Positions 26,254-39,470 of a stretch of DNA of 64,000 bases are shown in pieces. The notes beneath the pieces are model-generated. The model searched no databases. It saw nothing but the letters and a program-made list of their open reading frames with translations, and was not told the DNA's origin. Source of the DNA: Octopus sinensis (Eukaryota); assembly GCF_006345805.1 (NCBI RefSeq), contig NC_043000.1, positions 157,852,001-157,916,000 on the forward strand, written 5' to 3'. A program made the translations under genes and the position numbers. Position 1 is the first letter of the stretch, and each line of letters begins with the position of its first letter.

Positions 26254-26468
26254 TAGCCTAATATAATTAATTCCAACGTGGTACTTTCTTGCGTTCTATT
26301 TGTTAGTTTATAATTCAGCAATGTAGCAACTATGATAGCGAATCTGCAGCATTTGATTGTTTGCATTTGAATATCTTAGTCGGATAATACTGTTCTAAAC
26401 GTTTAACATTACTTGTGATTTCTAATTTATTTATTGAAGCCTATTTCCAAAGAGAGGGAGAAGTTTAC

Positions 26469-26700
26469 GGAAATAAAAGAAATCGCTGCCGGTACAACAA
26501 CACCTAAGGACAGCGAAATAATAGGATGCAAACTAATATTTATGCAATAAGATAGTTGGAAGGAGATGCCGGATAACAGAATGGCACTGGTAAACCTCAT
26601 GAGAATTTGTGAGAGATATACAGTAAGAGGAACCATCGTAATAATTAGAAACATCATAGAGAGTGGCCAGTCATCTTTTTGAAGATTCTTGACGAAAAGC
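26469..26700 (-). CDS. Candidate exon (F) encoding hydrophobic helices: (R)LFVKNLQKDDWPLSMMFLIITMVPLTVYLSQILMRFTSAILLSGISFQLSYCINISLHPIISLSLGVVVPAAISFIS
   Basis: Acceptor tgtttaaacAG at 26701-26702. 232 nt open. Donor TCC|gtaaac (alternative TAG|gtgttg). Non-repetitive sequence with two or three transmembrane-like segments. Confidence 0.7.
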
Positions 26701-27025
26701 CTGTTTAAACACATTTATATTACGGAAATCTATGTTCAGAAAGCCGTACGTAGGCGTAGGCTTCCATGACATGAAAGAGCGTGAGAATAGTGTCTAATAT
26801 CCTGTGTAATTAATTAGAATTAATTGGTTTATCCTTTGCCTTATTTCTAGTATATCTATGACATATGAACAATGACGTTGTATTTGCGATACAGAGCATC
26901 AGTGTCGACTTTATGTAAATCGCATATCATACTATAAATGGTCGATTTTATTCGTGTACATACATATATACGTGTGTGTGTGTGTGTGCGTGCATGCGTG
27001 CGTGTGAGTGCGTGTGTATGTGTGT

Positions 27026-27315
27026 GAAGGTACGTGGCCTAGTGAGCAGGGTGTTTCATTTACGATCCCTAGATCGTGGGTTCAATTCCCAGACCGAGTA
27101 ACGCGTTGTGTTCTTGAGTCATTTCAAGTTCTTGATAGCATTCCAAGTTGCATTAGTCCACTCAGCTGTAAATGTTTAACATTGCCAATGAGAAAACTTC
27201 TGACCAGAAGGAATGACGGCCTATTCGCCTGGCCATCAGGATGGCATCACTCGAGAGCTAAAATGAGGCAAAGCGCATTGTGACTAGTGATGCATAACAA
27301 AATCCGATATTCTGG
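27026..27315 (+). mobile_element. Diverged tRNA-headed SINE (family C-like head, different tail)
   Basis: gaaggtacgtggcctagtg...gggttcaattccc...gtgttcttgag...ccactcagctgtaaa. Confidence 0.6.
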
Positions 27316-27516
27316 TCGATCACGATATATATTTATATACATACATCCAAATTGAGAGAATTTATCTGGTAAATTACAGGTCACATATTTTTCCTTGCTA
27401 GCATGTGCGCGGAAGTAAAAGTCATTCTAGGAGATAGCTTAGAGATACCGAAGATACCTTAGAGTTATATGAAGGTTGTTTATACACACACACACACACA
27501 CACCCAACACACACAC

Positions 27517-27550
<34 letters not shown>

Positions 27551-27607
27551 AATATAAAGATATATATTCATATATATATATATATATATACATATAAATA
27601 AATATAA

Positions 27608-27642
<35 letters not shown>

Positions 27643-27895
27643 CATACATATAAACAGCGGTGGCCAAAATTCCCCCAACAGTAAATCAATCTCCCATAAA
27701 TACTATCTGTAATTCTGTATTGACTCGAATGGATAAATGTATCACTCAAGGACAGGACTTCAGTTTGGACAATTTTCATGAAGTTTCACATTAGATACTT
27801 TTATTAAATTCATTCCGTGGTTAAACATAAATAAATCTTGGAATTAAATGGTTTTGATTTACTGCCAGGTGACTTTTGACCAATGACCAACCATG

Positions 27896-27946
<51 letters not shown>

Positions 27947-27980
27947 TATATATTATATATATATATATATAATATACATG

Positions 27981-28024
<44 letters not shown>

Positions 28025-28611
28025 GTGTAATGATACATATATCTTGCTCTATAACAATGGGCATAAAATTTTCATTTTCCAGATTCTTTCCTCCTTAAAA
28101 TAGAAATAGTATTGATATATATAGAATGATATATGTAGAATAGTATGATATATATATCGAATATTATTGATATATTTATAAAGAGAGAGAGAGAGGCTCA
28201 CACATATCTAAATTTGTGTATCAAAACTGTTTATATTTGAAGGTGGGAAATTTTAATTTTATGCCCATTGTTATTGACGAAGATATTACATGTTTCATTA
28301 CAATGAATAATGGTGAAGTGGAAGATATACTGCGTCAATAACCGCATTAATCTGTGCATCAAACGTTTAAATTTATACTATTAAATTTAATAGATCTAAT
28401 GTCATTTATATAGGGCAAATGTGAATGTGTACGAATAACACACCAACTGTTCATCGCCAACAAATATTGTAACCCACAACCAGAAAAATATAAATCATAT
28501 ACTAGGGTTATGTACGGTAAATGCATGTACAAAATACAAAATTATTATATTGTAGAAATGTTCTCGCAGAACGATAGACCAAGTGTGGATAAAAGATGAA
28601 AACGTGCTTAA

Positions 28612-29015
28612 TCTTTATATATAAAAGAGAGGTTGTGTGCTGTCTGACTCCTACGATTTAGATTCCTAACTACTCCCACATTTTGCGGTGCAGTTTAACC
28701 AAAACCGGGTATCTTATAGTCGTGATTCATATCGAGCCCTTCTGCGTATTAGCGCGCGTCTACGATGAGTCTACGATTTAAAAAAAAAATTACCATAATT
28801 TTTTACCATTTTAATGCATTTTTTCGCTATTATATAAGGAAAGTAACTCTCTAAAACTGTCTACGATGAGTCAACGATTTAAAAAAAAAATTACCATCAT
28901 TTTTTTTCCATTTTTAATGCGTCGTTATTTTGCTATTTTTTGGCTATAACTCTCTAAAAATGCTTATATAGTTATTTCCCTTACAAACCCGAGCAACACC
29001 GGGCGATACTGCTAG
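28612..29015 (+). mobile_element. Non-autonomous Helitron
   Basis: Inserted between A and T. Starts TCTTTATATATAAAAG and ends with hairpin CCCG-agcaacac-CGGG plus cgatactgCTAG. Homologous to 48880-49273. Confidence 0.85.
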
Positions 29016-30879
29016 TATAGTATAGAAGCAAAGTTAAATATGTTATGTCACGTGAATAAAATAAACAATGTAAATTATACATGAACTAACAGAAATCAGT
29101 TAATTAGTTGTAACTAAAGCTGAAAATTTCGAAATACAATCACATCTGTTGAGATACAATAAACTAAATATCTTCATACAATTTTACTTTATGCAGCCAT
29201 ATAAATACAGCTTCCATTAACACCATTTAATCTATAGACACGTTTGAAGTTCACGATATTCTGAAACGTCTGGGTTAGTGTGACTGCAAATTATTTCTTT
29301 TTAAAACCCTAGAAGTGCATTTATCCCACTCGTTTTTATCTTTAACTATGACATCTTTTGCTGAAGAATTTTATTTTTAAGTGTGTGGTTTTTTTCTCTT
29401 ATGCTTAGAAACATATATATATACTTAAGCATACATACGTATGTATGCATGTATGTATTTGTATTATGTACCTATAACTATTACTACTTACACACATATG
29501 ATTAAGGTTTTATGTTTTACTTTACAGGCTTGTTCGGCCAAGTGGATTTATGAGTAATTTAGAGCCCTGATCATCTCACAATTCTTAATACAACTGACCT
29601 ACGACACATATAGCCTTATGCCATTTGTATATGGTTTGTTCTTTTCCATAAATTGATTAACAATATTCGCTTGCAATCACGCACACGCATACATATACAC
29701 ATATATGAGCTATGCAATCGCACGTACATATGCACATATATGAGCTATGATAAGAAACACAGACAGAAATAGACAGATACATAGTTAAATAGATAGAATA
29801 ATTATTCTTAAAACTTATTGATTATGAATGGCAAAATGCAAACAGACGAAAGAATAATTGTTATAGAATTAGATTCAAATGACTAGCAAACAGAAGACTG
29901 AGTAGAAATATAAATACATGTAAATATACAGAGAAAACATAACCATATAGATTTTTCAAAGACCCCCACCCCACCACCTGTTCTCTTCTTTTATGCAATA
30001 TATGTACGCATATCTATATATATATACATACATATATATACATATATATATATATAATAATATATATATATATATTATATATATATATATATAATATATA
30101 TACAAAATAAGCAACAAGAATGACTCCGGTAATTGGTACAATCGTTTCGTACTACATCATTTTATTAAATGTTGTAAGTATTACAGCAGATTAAGATGCT
30201 GAGTACTCATCAGCCAATTATAGAGGTTTTCCATTAATACAAAGTTTTCAAATCAAGTGGCAACATTATAGAGAAGGCAGATATACAGACAAAGATATAT
30301 ATATATACATGGAATTAGATATATATAGACAGATAGGAAGATAGATACTCATGCCGTTAGATCTACAGTTAATTAGACTTATAATAGATGGGTTACTTAT
30401 AAAAGTAAAACAAAAAATAACAAATACACAAATATACAACGGTAAATAAGCAGAAAAATATACAATTATATGTAAAAACGTAGACATATCGACAGGTAGT
30501 TAACTGTCCGAAGACTGATGTTCTGCGCCTGCCTTCATCTCCTCCCTCTGTCTGGTTTACATTGCTGCTAGGAATATAACGTCACAATTCTCACGAAGTG
30601 GCAAATCTCTGTAATATTCTAATTGCAGATTCGCAACTTCGGGAAAAAATGACAATAATCATGAATCTTCAGTTGCTGCTGTCCATCTCCTGCCATCGAA
30701 GTTCTGTTGTCGTTCTTCTTTTCATTGTTGTTGTTGTTCTTGTTGTTGCTGTTGTTATTGTTGTTGGTGGTATTGTCGTTCTTGCTTTCGATGAAATGGT
30801 ATCACATATGCACGAATAACTTTATAGAAAGACGTCACAGACAGAAAAAAATTAAAATAACGATGACAACATACAGATG

Positions 30880-30924
<45 letters not shown>

Positions 30925-30989
30925 CAACACAGACTCTCAAACACGCAAACACAAAAAAAACACTCATTTACGCATGTCTATTTATCAAT

Positions 30990-31077
30990 CTATGTATGTT
31001 TATATATATATATATATATTAATAAATATATATATATATATATATATTATAGTATATATATATATATATATATATTA

Positions 31078-31118
<41 letters not shown>

Positions 31119-31262
31119 TAAATATATATATATATATAATATTAATAAATCTATATATATATTTATTAAAAATATATATATATATATAATATATATATAA
31201 TATATATATATATACATTATATATATTAATAATATATATATATATATATATATTCTATCTAA
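30990..31262. repeat. TA-rich tract with recurring ttaataaata interruptions
   Basis: Visible directly. Confidence 0.9.
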
Positions 31263-31357
31263 TATATCTATAAAATAGAAAAACAAAACCCCCCTTTTAT
31301 CAATTCAATAATGAAAAATTAAATATTAACATTATAAGGTTTGAATAATATCCCTCA

Positions 31358-31421
<64 letters not shown>

Positions 31422-31984
31422 TATATAGATATGTATATGGTGGGGGATATGCATATATTTGTATGGACGTATGTATGTGTGCGTGTTTCTGTGAGTAGTA
31501 TTTTGCATCGTGGAGAACGAGATCTCAAACGATTGCATGCGTATTTATACTGAATACGTTCAGATTGGTTTGGAAGCAAAATATGTTGGTCACTGTACCT
31601 ATATGTACAATAAAGCGATAAGCACAAAATGCCTCCGAACCTGCATTGACGTATTCAGTATAAATATGCATCTAATGGTTTGAGATCTCGCTGTACACGA
31701 TGCAAAATACACAATCCTGTGTCATGCAGAATAATTATGCAAATGACCGTCATTATGTCTTTGTGTGTGTGTATGTACACATTTACATGCATATATTTAC
31801 ATATTTATGTAAATACCATATATAGGATATATGCGATAGTTTATAAATACATAATATATACATAACCATACGTACAGACACACAAGCACACACGTACACT
31901 CATGCACATATATGAATGTAATATTAGAGAAAACTGTTGCTACCGTGTCATGTATTTGACAGCCAGTAGTTAATATGCTAAATT

Positions 31985-32378
31985 AGGGCGGCGAGCTGGA
32001 AGCATCGTTAGCACGTCGGGCGAATGCTTAGTGGTATTTCGGCTGCCGTTACGTTGTGAGTTCAAATTCCGCCGAGGTCGACTTTGCCTTTCATCCTTTC
32101 GGGGTCGATAAATTAAGTACCATTTAAGCACTGGGGTCGATATAATCGACTTAATACCTATGTCTGTCCATGTTTGTCTCCTCTATGTTTAGCCCATTGT
32201 GGGTAATAAAGAAATAGGTATTGCGTCTGTCTGAATTCAAATTCCGCCGAGGTCGACTTTATCTTTGATCCTTTCGAAGTCGATAAATTAAGTATCAGTT
32301 GCGTACTGGAGATCCATCTTATCGACTGGACCCTCCCCCAAAATTTCGAGCCGTGTACCTAGAGTAGAAAATAATATT
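31985..32378 (+). mobile_element. SINE family B with internal tandem duplication
   Basis: ggcggcgagctgg head. The block gagttcaaattccgccgaggtcgactttgcctttcatcctttcggggtcgataa occurs twice. Tail agagtagaaa. Confidence 0.85.
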
Positions 32379-32697
32379 GCTAATTTGACGTCTCTTCTGT
32401 GACTTGATTTCCCTTCAGTGTATCTCCATTCGCTTCTGTCACTCGTATTATTCTTCTAATGTAACTACCCCTGCCGACGTTTTCTCCTTTATTTACCGCA
32501 CTTCAAAAATGTTCGAACTTGTATGTATATATATATATACAAACTTGACTGAGGATGTTGGGTTTGTTACTGTTTTAACTGGGGAGTACCTCAGTTCCAA
32601 TAGTTTCTGCTTCATTTTTTATAATTGGATGTTATATAAGCATACACCTGTTAACGTGGGCGTCATCGTATGGCTGCTGTTGTCTTTACTGAGTACA

Positions 32698-32741
<44 letters not shown>

Positions 32742-32831
32742 CCATATACACATCCACCGATATACACACTTATATTCAATGTATTCACATATACAATTGA
32801 AATTTCATTCTGTGTCATAATGTCATTTTGT

Positions 32832-33165
32832 GAAGGCGCATAACTCAGTGGTTAGAGCGTCAGGCTCACAATCATGAGGTCGTGAGTTCGATTCCAGGAC
32901 CGGGCTGTGTGTTGTGTTCTTGAGCAAGACACTTTATTTCACATTGCTGCAGTTCACTCAGCTGTAGAAATGAGTTGCGACATCACTGGTGCCAAGCCGT
33001 ATAAGCCCTTGCTTTTCCCTTGGATAACAATGTCAGTATGGAGAGGGGAGCCTGGTGTGCATGAGCCACGGCTGGTCTTCCGTTAAACAACCTTGCCCGG
33101 ACTTGTGCCTCAGAGGGTAACTTTCTAGTTGTAATACCATGGTCATTCATAACCGAAGGGGGTCC
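32832..33165 (+). mobile_element. tRNA-derived SINE family C (CORE-like)
   Basis: tRNA-like head ggcgcataactcagtggttagagcg...gttcgattcc, then ttgagcaagacacttt and cactcagctgtagaa. Homologous to 56945-57208. Confidence 0.8.
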
Positions 33166-33309
33166 CTAACCTAATGATATGTTTCATTACCAGTTTGATA
33201 CCAGAAAATTATACAAATGTATTCCATAAGTTTCATGGTAAACGCAAAATTGAGTAGACTAAGGGAAAATGAGGAACCAATTCCTTCAAATTATGTCCGT
33301 CAGATATTG

Positions 33310-33675
33310 ACCAGTGGTTAGGGCAGCGGACTCGCGGTCATAGGCTCGCGGTTTCGATTCCCAGACCGGGCGTTGTGAGTGTTTATTGAGCGAAAACACC
33401 TAAAAGCTCCACGAGGCTCCGACAGGGGATGGTGGTGATCCCTGCTGTACTTTTCACCACAACTTTCTCTCTTACTTCCTGTTTCTGTTGTACCTGTATT
33501 TCAAAGGGCCGGCCTTGTCACTCTCTGTGTCACGCTGAATATCCCCGAGAACTACGTTAAGGGTACACGTGCCTGTGGAGTGCTCAGCCACTTACACGTT
33601 AATTTCACGAGCAGGCTATTCCGTTGATTCGGATCAATCGGAACCCTCGTCGTCGTAACCGACGGAGTACTTCCA
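33310..33675 (+). mobile_element. tRNA-derived SINE family D
   Basis: cagtggttagggcagcgg A-box-like and ggtttcgattccc B-box-like motifs, followed by a GC-richer body. Single copy here, immediately downstream of a family C copy. Confidence 0.6.
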
Positions 33676-34904
33676 CCACTTTAGTATCCCCCACGTATGT
33701 TTTCTGACAGATATTAGGTCCTATTGCCTGTCATGTTCGTCCTCAAACAGTTATTATCACATATTAAACTCAAACTGTACAAACACAACCAATCATGTAG
33801 ATTTTAACACTGATAGATACAGACAGAGGCACTGATACGAACCCACGTACTCGCGGACACACAAACACATATAAGCATAAACACGCCCGTGTGCACTCAT
33901 GTGTATAGTGGCAGATGCATGAAACATGTGTGTTTCTGTATGTGTGCGTTTGTGTGTGTGTGCATGCGTGCGTCATATATGTAACTACATAATTAGATAA
34001 TCCATAAAATGTTTTCAGGCACGCAAACGAATGGATATTATTGATTCACAATATAGATACATATATACATACATGCATACATACACACACATATACATGC
34101 ATATATAGACGCATACATATACACATATACACACGGACACTTATATATATATATATATATAATGTACGTATATATGTATGCATTTCTGTATATATTGTGC
34201 GTATGTATGTGGGCAAAGGGAGGGATATGAGCACAGGAAGAGAGAAAGTGATAAAATAGCTATCTTATAGAAATGACAATAGAGAAAAAACTAATTGCAT
34301 TAAGACTTAAGCCAGTATGAGAAGTAAATTAGTTGATTAACGCCCAGAGAATATAGTCATTATTCTCAGAGCCGTCAGCGTCATACTGTCTCACTCATGA
34401 TGTAATAATACATTTGCACAAACTTAATCATTAGATATTCCCCTTTGCCCCAACGCAAGTTCCTGCTAGATGAACTTAACAGACTAATACCATGCGCTGC
34501 TGTTTATTTGTGTAACGTGCCATCTCTTTTCCGCTCTCCCTTCCCTCTCTCTCTCTCTCTCCTCTCTCTCTCTCACCCTATCGCTTCTTGCCTCTCACTG
34601 CCTCCTTCTCTTCCCTCTCTATGCATCTGTCAGTCCCTTGATATACATGTACTTATATAGACAACTTATGTTTACATATATTGCATCTATATCTGAAGGA
34701 AATTACGCAAACAAAAGCAAATAGTTTTCTGTGCAGTAGGAAAGTACTCAATACGTATTGTACCATATAACTATCTCTTCTATTTGACTGAGCCGTGTTC
34801 GGTTCAACACACACATATATATAAATCAGAAGCAAACTTGCACGTGTATATATGTATATATGTATATATATATATACACACACACATATACATATATATA
34901 TATC

Positions 34905-35135
34905 GTTAATCCAAACAAGAAAACACAAAAAAAAACACACAGCAACGCGAGGACGTGTAACAAATAAAGTATTATTGGACGCTCAGGAAAGAAGGGAAGA
35001 AGGAGGGTTTAACGTTTCGAACGGAGCTCTTCATCAGAAACATAGGAGAAGGAAAGATCCCGAGAAAGGAAGACAGAGGAAAAAAATCGCCAACGGTACT
35101 CACGAGGTTACATATTGAAAGGTCACATATTGAAA
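34905..35135 (-). mobile_element. Second copy of the 200-230 bp hammerhead-bearing element, flanked by TA-rich repeats
   Basis: Shares gttaatccaaacaag...cgcgaggacgtg...ggacgctcaggaaag...aaaatcgccaacggtac with 22452-22655. One end has a 15-nt tandem duplication (ggt[t/c]acatattgaaa). Confidence 0.75.
35007..35041 (-). ncRNA. Minimal hammerhead motif with canonical CUGAUGA core
   Basis: Minus strand reads GTTT-CTGATGA-A-GAGC tcc GTTC-GAAA-CG-TT-AAAC: 4-bp stem I, 4-bp stem II, palindromic AACGTT in place of stem III. Confidence 0.65.
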
Positions 35136-35224
35136 TATATATATATTATTATTATTATTGTTGTTGTTGTTGTCAGTGTCGTCGTCGTCGTTGTTGTTGT
35201 TGTTGTTGTTGTTATTGTTATTCT

Positions 35225-35437
35225 AAGGCGGCGAGCTAGAAGAATCGTTAGCATGCTGGACGGAATGCTTATCGGTATTTCGCCCGTCGCTACGTTCTGA
35301 GTTCAAATTCCGCTGAGGTCGACTTTGCCTTTTCATCCTTTCGGGGTCGATAAATTAAGGGTTAATGAAAGACTGGAGTCGATGTAGTCGACTCATCCCC
35401 TCCCCGAAATTGCTGCCCTTGTGGCCAAATTTGAAAC
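35225..35437 (+). mobile_element. SINE family B, monomeric variant with long (ATT)n tail
   Basis: Same head and gtcgac block, ending ccaaatttgaaactattatt. Confidence 0.8.
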
Positions 35438-35448
35438 TATTATTATTA

Positions 35449-35498
<50 letters not shown>

Positions 35499-35499
35499 T

Positions 35500-35549
<50 letters not shown>

Positions 35550-35553
35550 ATTA

Positions 35554-35605
<52 letters not shown>

Positions 35606-35648
35606 CATCATTATTTAATAATATAATAATAATAATAATAATATAATA

Positions 35649-35712
<64 letters not shown>

Positions 35713-35757
35713 TTATTATTATTATTAGTAGTAGTAGTAGTAGTAGTAGCAGTAGTT
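35438..35757. repeat. (ATT)n/(AAT)n/(AGT)n compound microsatellite
   Basis: Visible directly. It is the tail of the SINE at 35225. Confidence 0.95.
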
Positions 35758-36308
35758 GTACATGATATGCTTTTAACTAGGATTAGAAAAACATTTAAAA
35801 AACATTGAATCACAGTCATTAAGCTTGAGGAATTAGAAGACAGGCATCCTTAATTTACAGAACGGATTCAGCATTCAGCACAGAAGCAATTACCAAAGAC
35901 ATAAAGAAAAACAAATGCAGTATTGTATACTTTGTAGTAGCAACAGCCCATGGCACGTCTTATGGCAGCCGGTAATCACATGAGATGTGACGACCAACAA
36001 TAACAGTCATGAATAGCAGTAAATGTACATTTGAAACACGAAGCCAAACATTCAATGAATTTCAACAAATTTTATTAGAGGCGACGTTAGCAAGTAAAAC
36101 AAATTTGACAGATTTTGTGAAGATTAATTAAGTACATTATGTCAGATGGAATCATTAACATCGAATATTCAACGGACAATTGTAACAAATATGTTACAAC
36201 CAGCTTTTAAGCATGTTGACATGTCTGCGCGTGGTACAGAAGAATGGATGAATACCCTGCAATCTATAAATCAATCAATCTTTACATCTCCTAATCTTCT
36301 CATTATAC

Positions 36309-36423
<115 letters not shown>

Positions 36424-37554
36424 CGTGCGTATGCATGTGTGTCTATATACTTATGTACATATGTTGTACGTGCATGTTTGTGCGCACATGTGTGAGTCTA
36501 TCTGTAATGCATATTTAAATATGTTCACAACGACATCCATACACGCATAGACAGGAAAGCATATACGCACTCATATATGCATTTATATTTTTCTTAAGAT
36601 CGGCCAGTATTTTGTGACTATCACCACACATGCGTACGCATACGATCATACAGGCCTACTTTTATTCGTCTACTACTTTCACTAGGAGTCGATTTCAAAA
36701 TGTAGCCTGATAATATCCATTAAAACCTTCGAAATGGCTGCCCCAGCATGACAACATGTTTGTGACTGAAATCAATAAATTAATATATTCATATATGATT
36801 TAACCAACTTTGATAAAATCATTCCTGGAATTAAGGATTTTATACACAATAGATTGCAGTTTACCTTTCAAAGGAGTTGCTCATTACAACCTAGAAATAC
36901 AAATTGTTAGCTCGTATTACCAGCGCTGGTCATTGATATATACAATAAAGTTAATCTTGGTTTTTAGGTATCATTAGCTGAGTCCACTCTGTCAAGACGG
37001 TTCAGGCCAGGTTTCTGATCTGAATACAACTTCAAAACATTCACCAGTTCCAGTGGCTCTAGAAAAAGCCACGTTTCTAATCAAATGCAATCCGTAGAAA
37101 TTAACACAAAACATTAAAAAATTGCGATAAACAATGATACTTATGATGTCTGGAAAGGCATGAACGCCACAGTTTGTGACGTTTTAGATAAGTACGATCT
37201 TACTTTGTAGACTAACATGAACTGACGTATACTGACATAAACTAACCTCTTTGTGTAAATGTCTAGAATTCAGCTGAAATATATTCGATAATCTCATGAG
37301 GATTATAGATTCCTGCACTGCGAGAAATTTCCTTGGAGATTCCCGACCGCGTTTACGGTATTATCTCTTGGAAAATATATTCCTTTCTAATCCTATCTCC
37401 ATCTATCTCCATTCCTCTCTGTGTGTATGTATATACAAACACACATTCACATATAGACATATACAAAAACAGGCGCGCGCTCACGCAAACACATTTACAC
37501 ATACACATAGACACATACACACACATATAAATGATTGGTGGATTCCTTCCCTCC

Positions 37555-37585
37555 GTCTATCTATCTATCAATCTCTCTATCTAAA

Positions 37586-37677
<92 letters not shown>

Positions 37678-37790
37678 CATTTATCTATCTATCTATCTAT
37701 CTACCTATCTATCTATCTATCTATCAATCTATCTATCTATCTGTCTGCCTGTCTGTAGGTCTGTCTGTTCGTCCATCTCTCTGTATGCGT
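37555..37790. repeat. (ATCT)n microsatellite
   Basis: Visible directly. Confidence 0.95.
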
Positions 37791-38351
37791 GTCTATCAGT
37801 GTGTGTTTATAGTAGAGCAGGTTCCTTAGTTATGTCGCTAAAGTGTCTGCATCTAATCTGTAATGCGTTGAAGGCGTAATGCATTCTTTTAAACCGGTTC
37901 CATACCTATCGCTTTGCTAATGGTAAATTTTAAAATTCATATTCTCTGTTTAAAATGCTATTTTGATATAAATTACATTCAGTTTTAATATTAAAAAATT
38001 GGAAAGAATTACCTCTACGTTAATTTTCCAGAAAAATAGATGTTATTTGAGACTTTTTAAGTGGTTACTTGAATAAAATTAAAATTTTCTCTCCTAGCGA
38101 AGCTCGTTTAATTAACAGATATTTTATTTCACATTCTACAACTCATTATATACATTGTGCTCCATTAACATATACTTCAATTTCTTCTCCATAAACAGAT
38201 TAAAGTCAGGTTTCTATCGTTATCATTGTGATGAGTCTTTCTGGTTGTTTTGATAAAAACTTTCTACTACCCCTCAACGGGCAAATAACCATATAAATGC
38301 TCTTACATTTGTGAATATAGAGAGTGAGCCAAAAGTCACGTACCAATGACG

Positions 38352-38507
38352 TTATTCGTCCTGAGTTCAAATTCCACCGAGGTCGACTTTGTCTTTCATC
38401 CTTTCGGGGTTGATAAATTAAGTTCCAGTTGCGTACTGGGGTCTATCTAATCGACTGGCCTACTGCCCCAAAATTTCGAGCCTTGTGCCAAGAGTAGAAA
38501 AGAATTT
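38352..38507 (+). mobile_element. SINE family B, 5'-truncated copy
   Basis: gagttcaaattccaccgaggtcgactttg...gagtagaaaag. Confidence 0.8.
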
Positions 38508-38533
38508 CTATGGCGTTATTATTTTTCATTTGG

Positions 38534-38922
38534 CAAAGCGGCGAGCTGGCAGAAATGTTAGCACGCCGGGCGAAATGCTTAGCGGTATTTCGTCTGCCGT
38601 TACGTTCTGGGTTCAAATTCCGCCGAGGTCGACTTTGCCTTTCATCCTTTCGGGGTCGATAAATTATGTACCAGTTACGCACTGGGGTCAATGTAATCGA
38701 CTTAATCCGTGTGTCTGTCCTTGTTCGTCCCCTCTGTGTTTAGCCCCTTGTGGGTAGTAAACAAATAGGTATTTCGTTTGCCTTTAGGTTCTAAGTGCAA
38801 ATTCTGCCGAGGTCGACTTTACCTGTCGGTGTCGATAAATTAAGTACCTGTTGCATACTGGGGTCGATCTGATAGACTGGTCCCCTCCCCCAAAATTCGG
38901 GCCTCGAGTAGAAAAGATTATT
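38534..38922 (+). mobile_element. SINE family B, full dimeric copy
   Basis: Colinear with 31985-32378. Confidence 0.85.
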
Positions 38923-39408
38923 TTTTATTTTGTTTATCATGTACAATTACACGTTTTTGTCATTATTTTATTCATTTTATTCTATTTCAGAGAAATTGAA
39001 ACATATTTTTGACAATTTCGGAGTGAATTGAAATTATTTTGGCCCACCCAGGTAGATGTAGATGTTAGTAATATATGTGGCAGAAAATGAATGTGGATGT
39101 GGACTTCGCGAATAATTTTCTCCATAATATTAACCTAACATTTTAGAGAAATATCTTACTAAAACATCATCATATACAAACAGTGATAAAGGGGGTTATT
39201 TTTATCATAATTGTATATATCAACATATGTTTCAGTGGAAAATATGTTTCTCTTACAAACAACAGGATTGTCTGTTTTACTGACTAATGTTTTGTGTAAT
39301 TTTTTTTTAATATCGCAAAAATTGATAGATTCAAGTGGTACAAGGAACGGCATTCAATAAATCGAAATATATTTACAGCAGAATTAAATCGCTTACTACT
39401 CATATTAC

Positions 39409-39470
39409 CTTGCGCTATCTTCTAGTCTCTTCGTCTTTATCAATTTCTTTTCGTCACACAGTCTCTTGTA
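39409..39470 (-). CDS. Candidate exon (E): YKRLCDEKKLIKTKRLEDSA + AG
   Basis: Acceptor ttccgctttAG, strong donor AAG|gtaata. Phase 0 in and phase 2 out bridges exons D and F (AG+G = Arg). Confidence 0.65.

Noticed and set aside
26469-26700. Naming exon F as adenylyl cyclase (ISLSLGV resembles a type 9 membrane-domain motif as I recall it)
   Set aside because: Only a short hydrophobic resemblance, with no cyclase domain exons in the window. No symbol assigned.
32832-32905. tRNA gene at SINE heads (also 33310, 27026, 16382)
   Set aside because: No proper acceptor stem, and each continues directly into a SINE body. These are SINE promoters, not tRNA genes.
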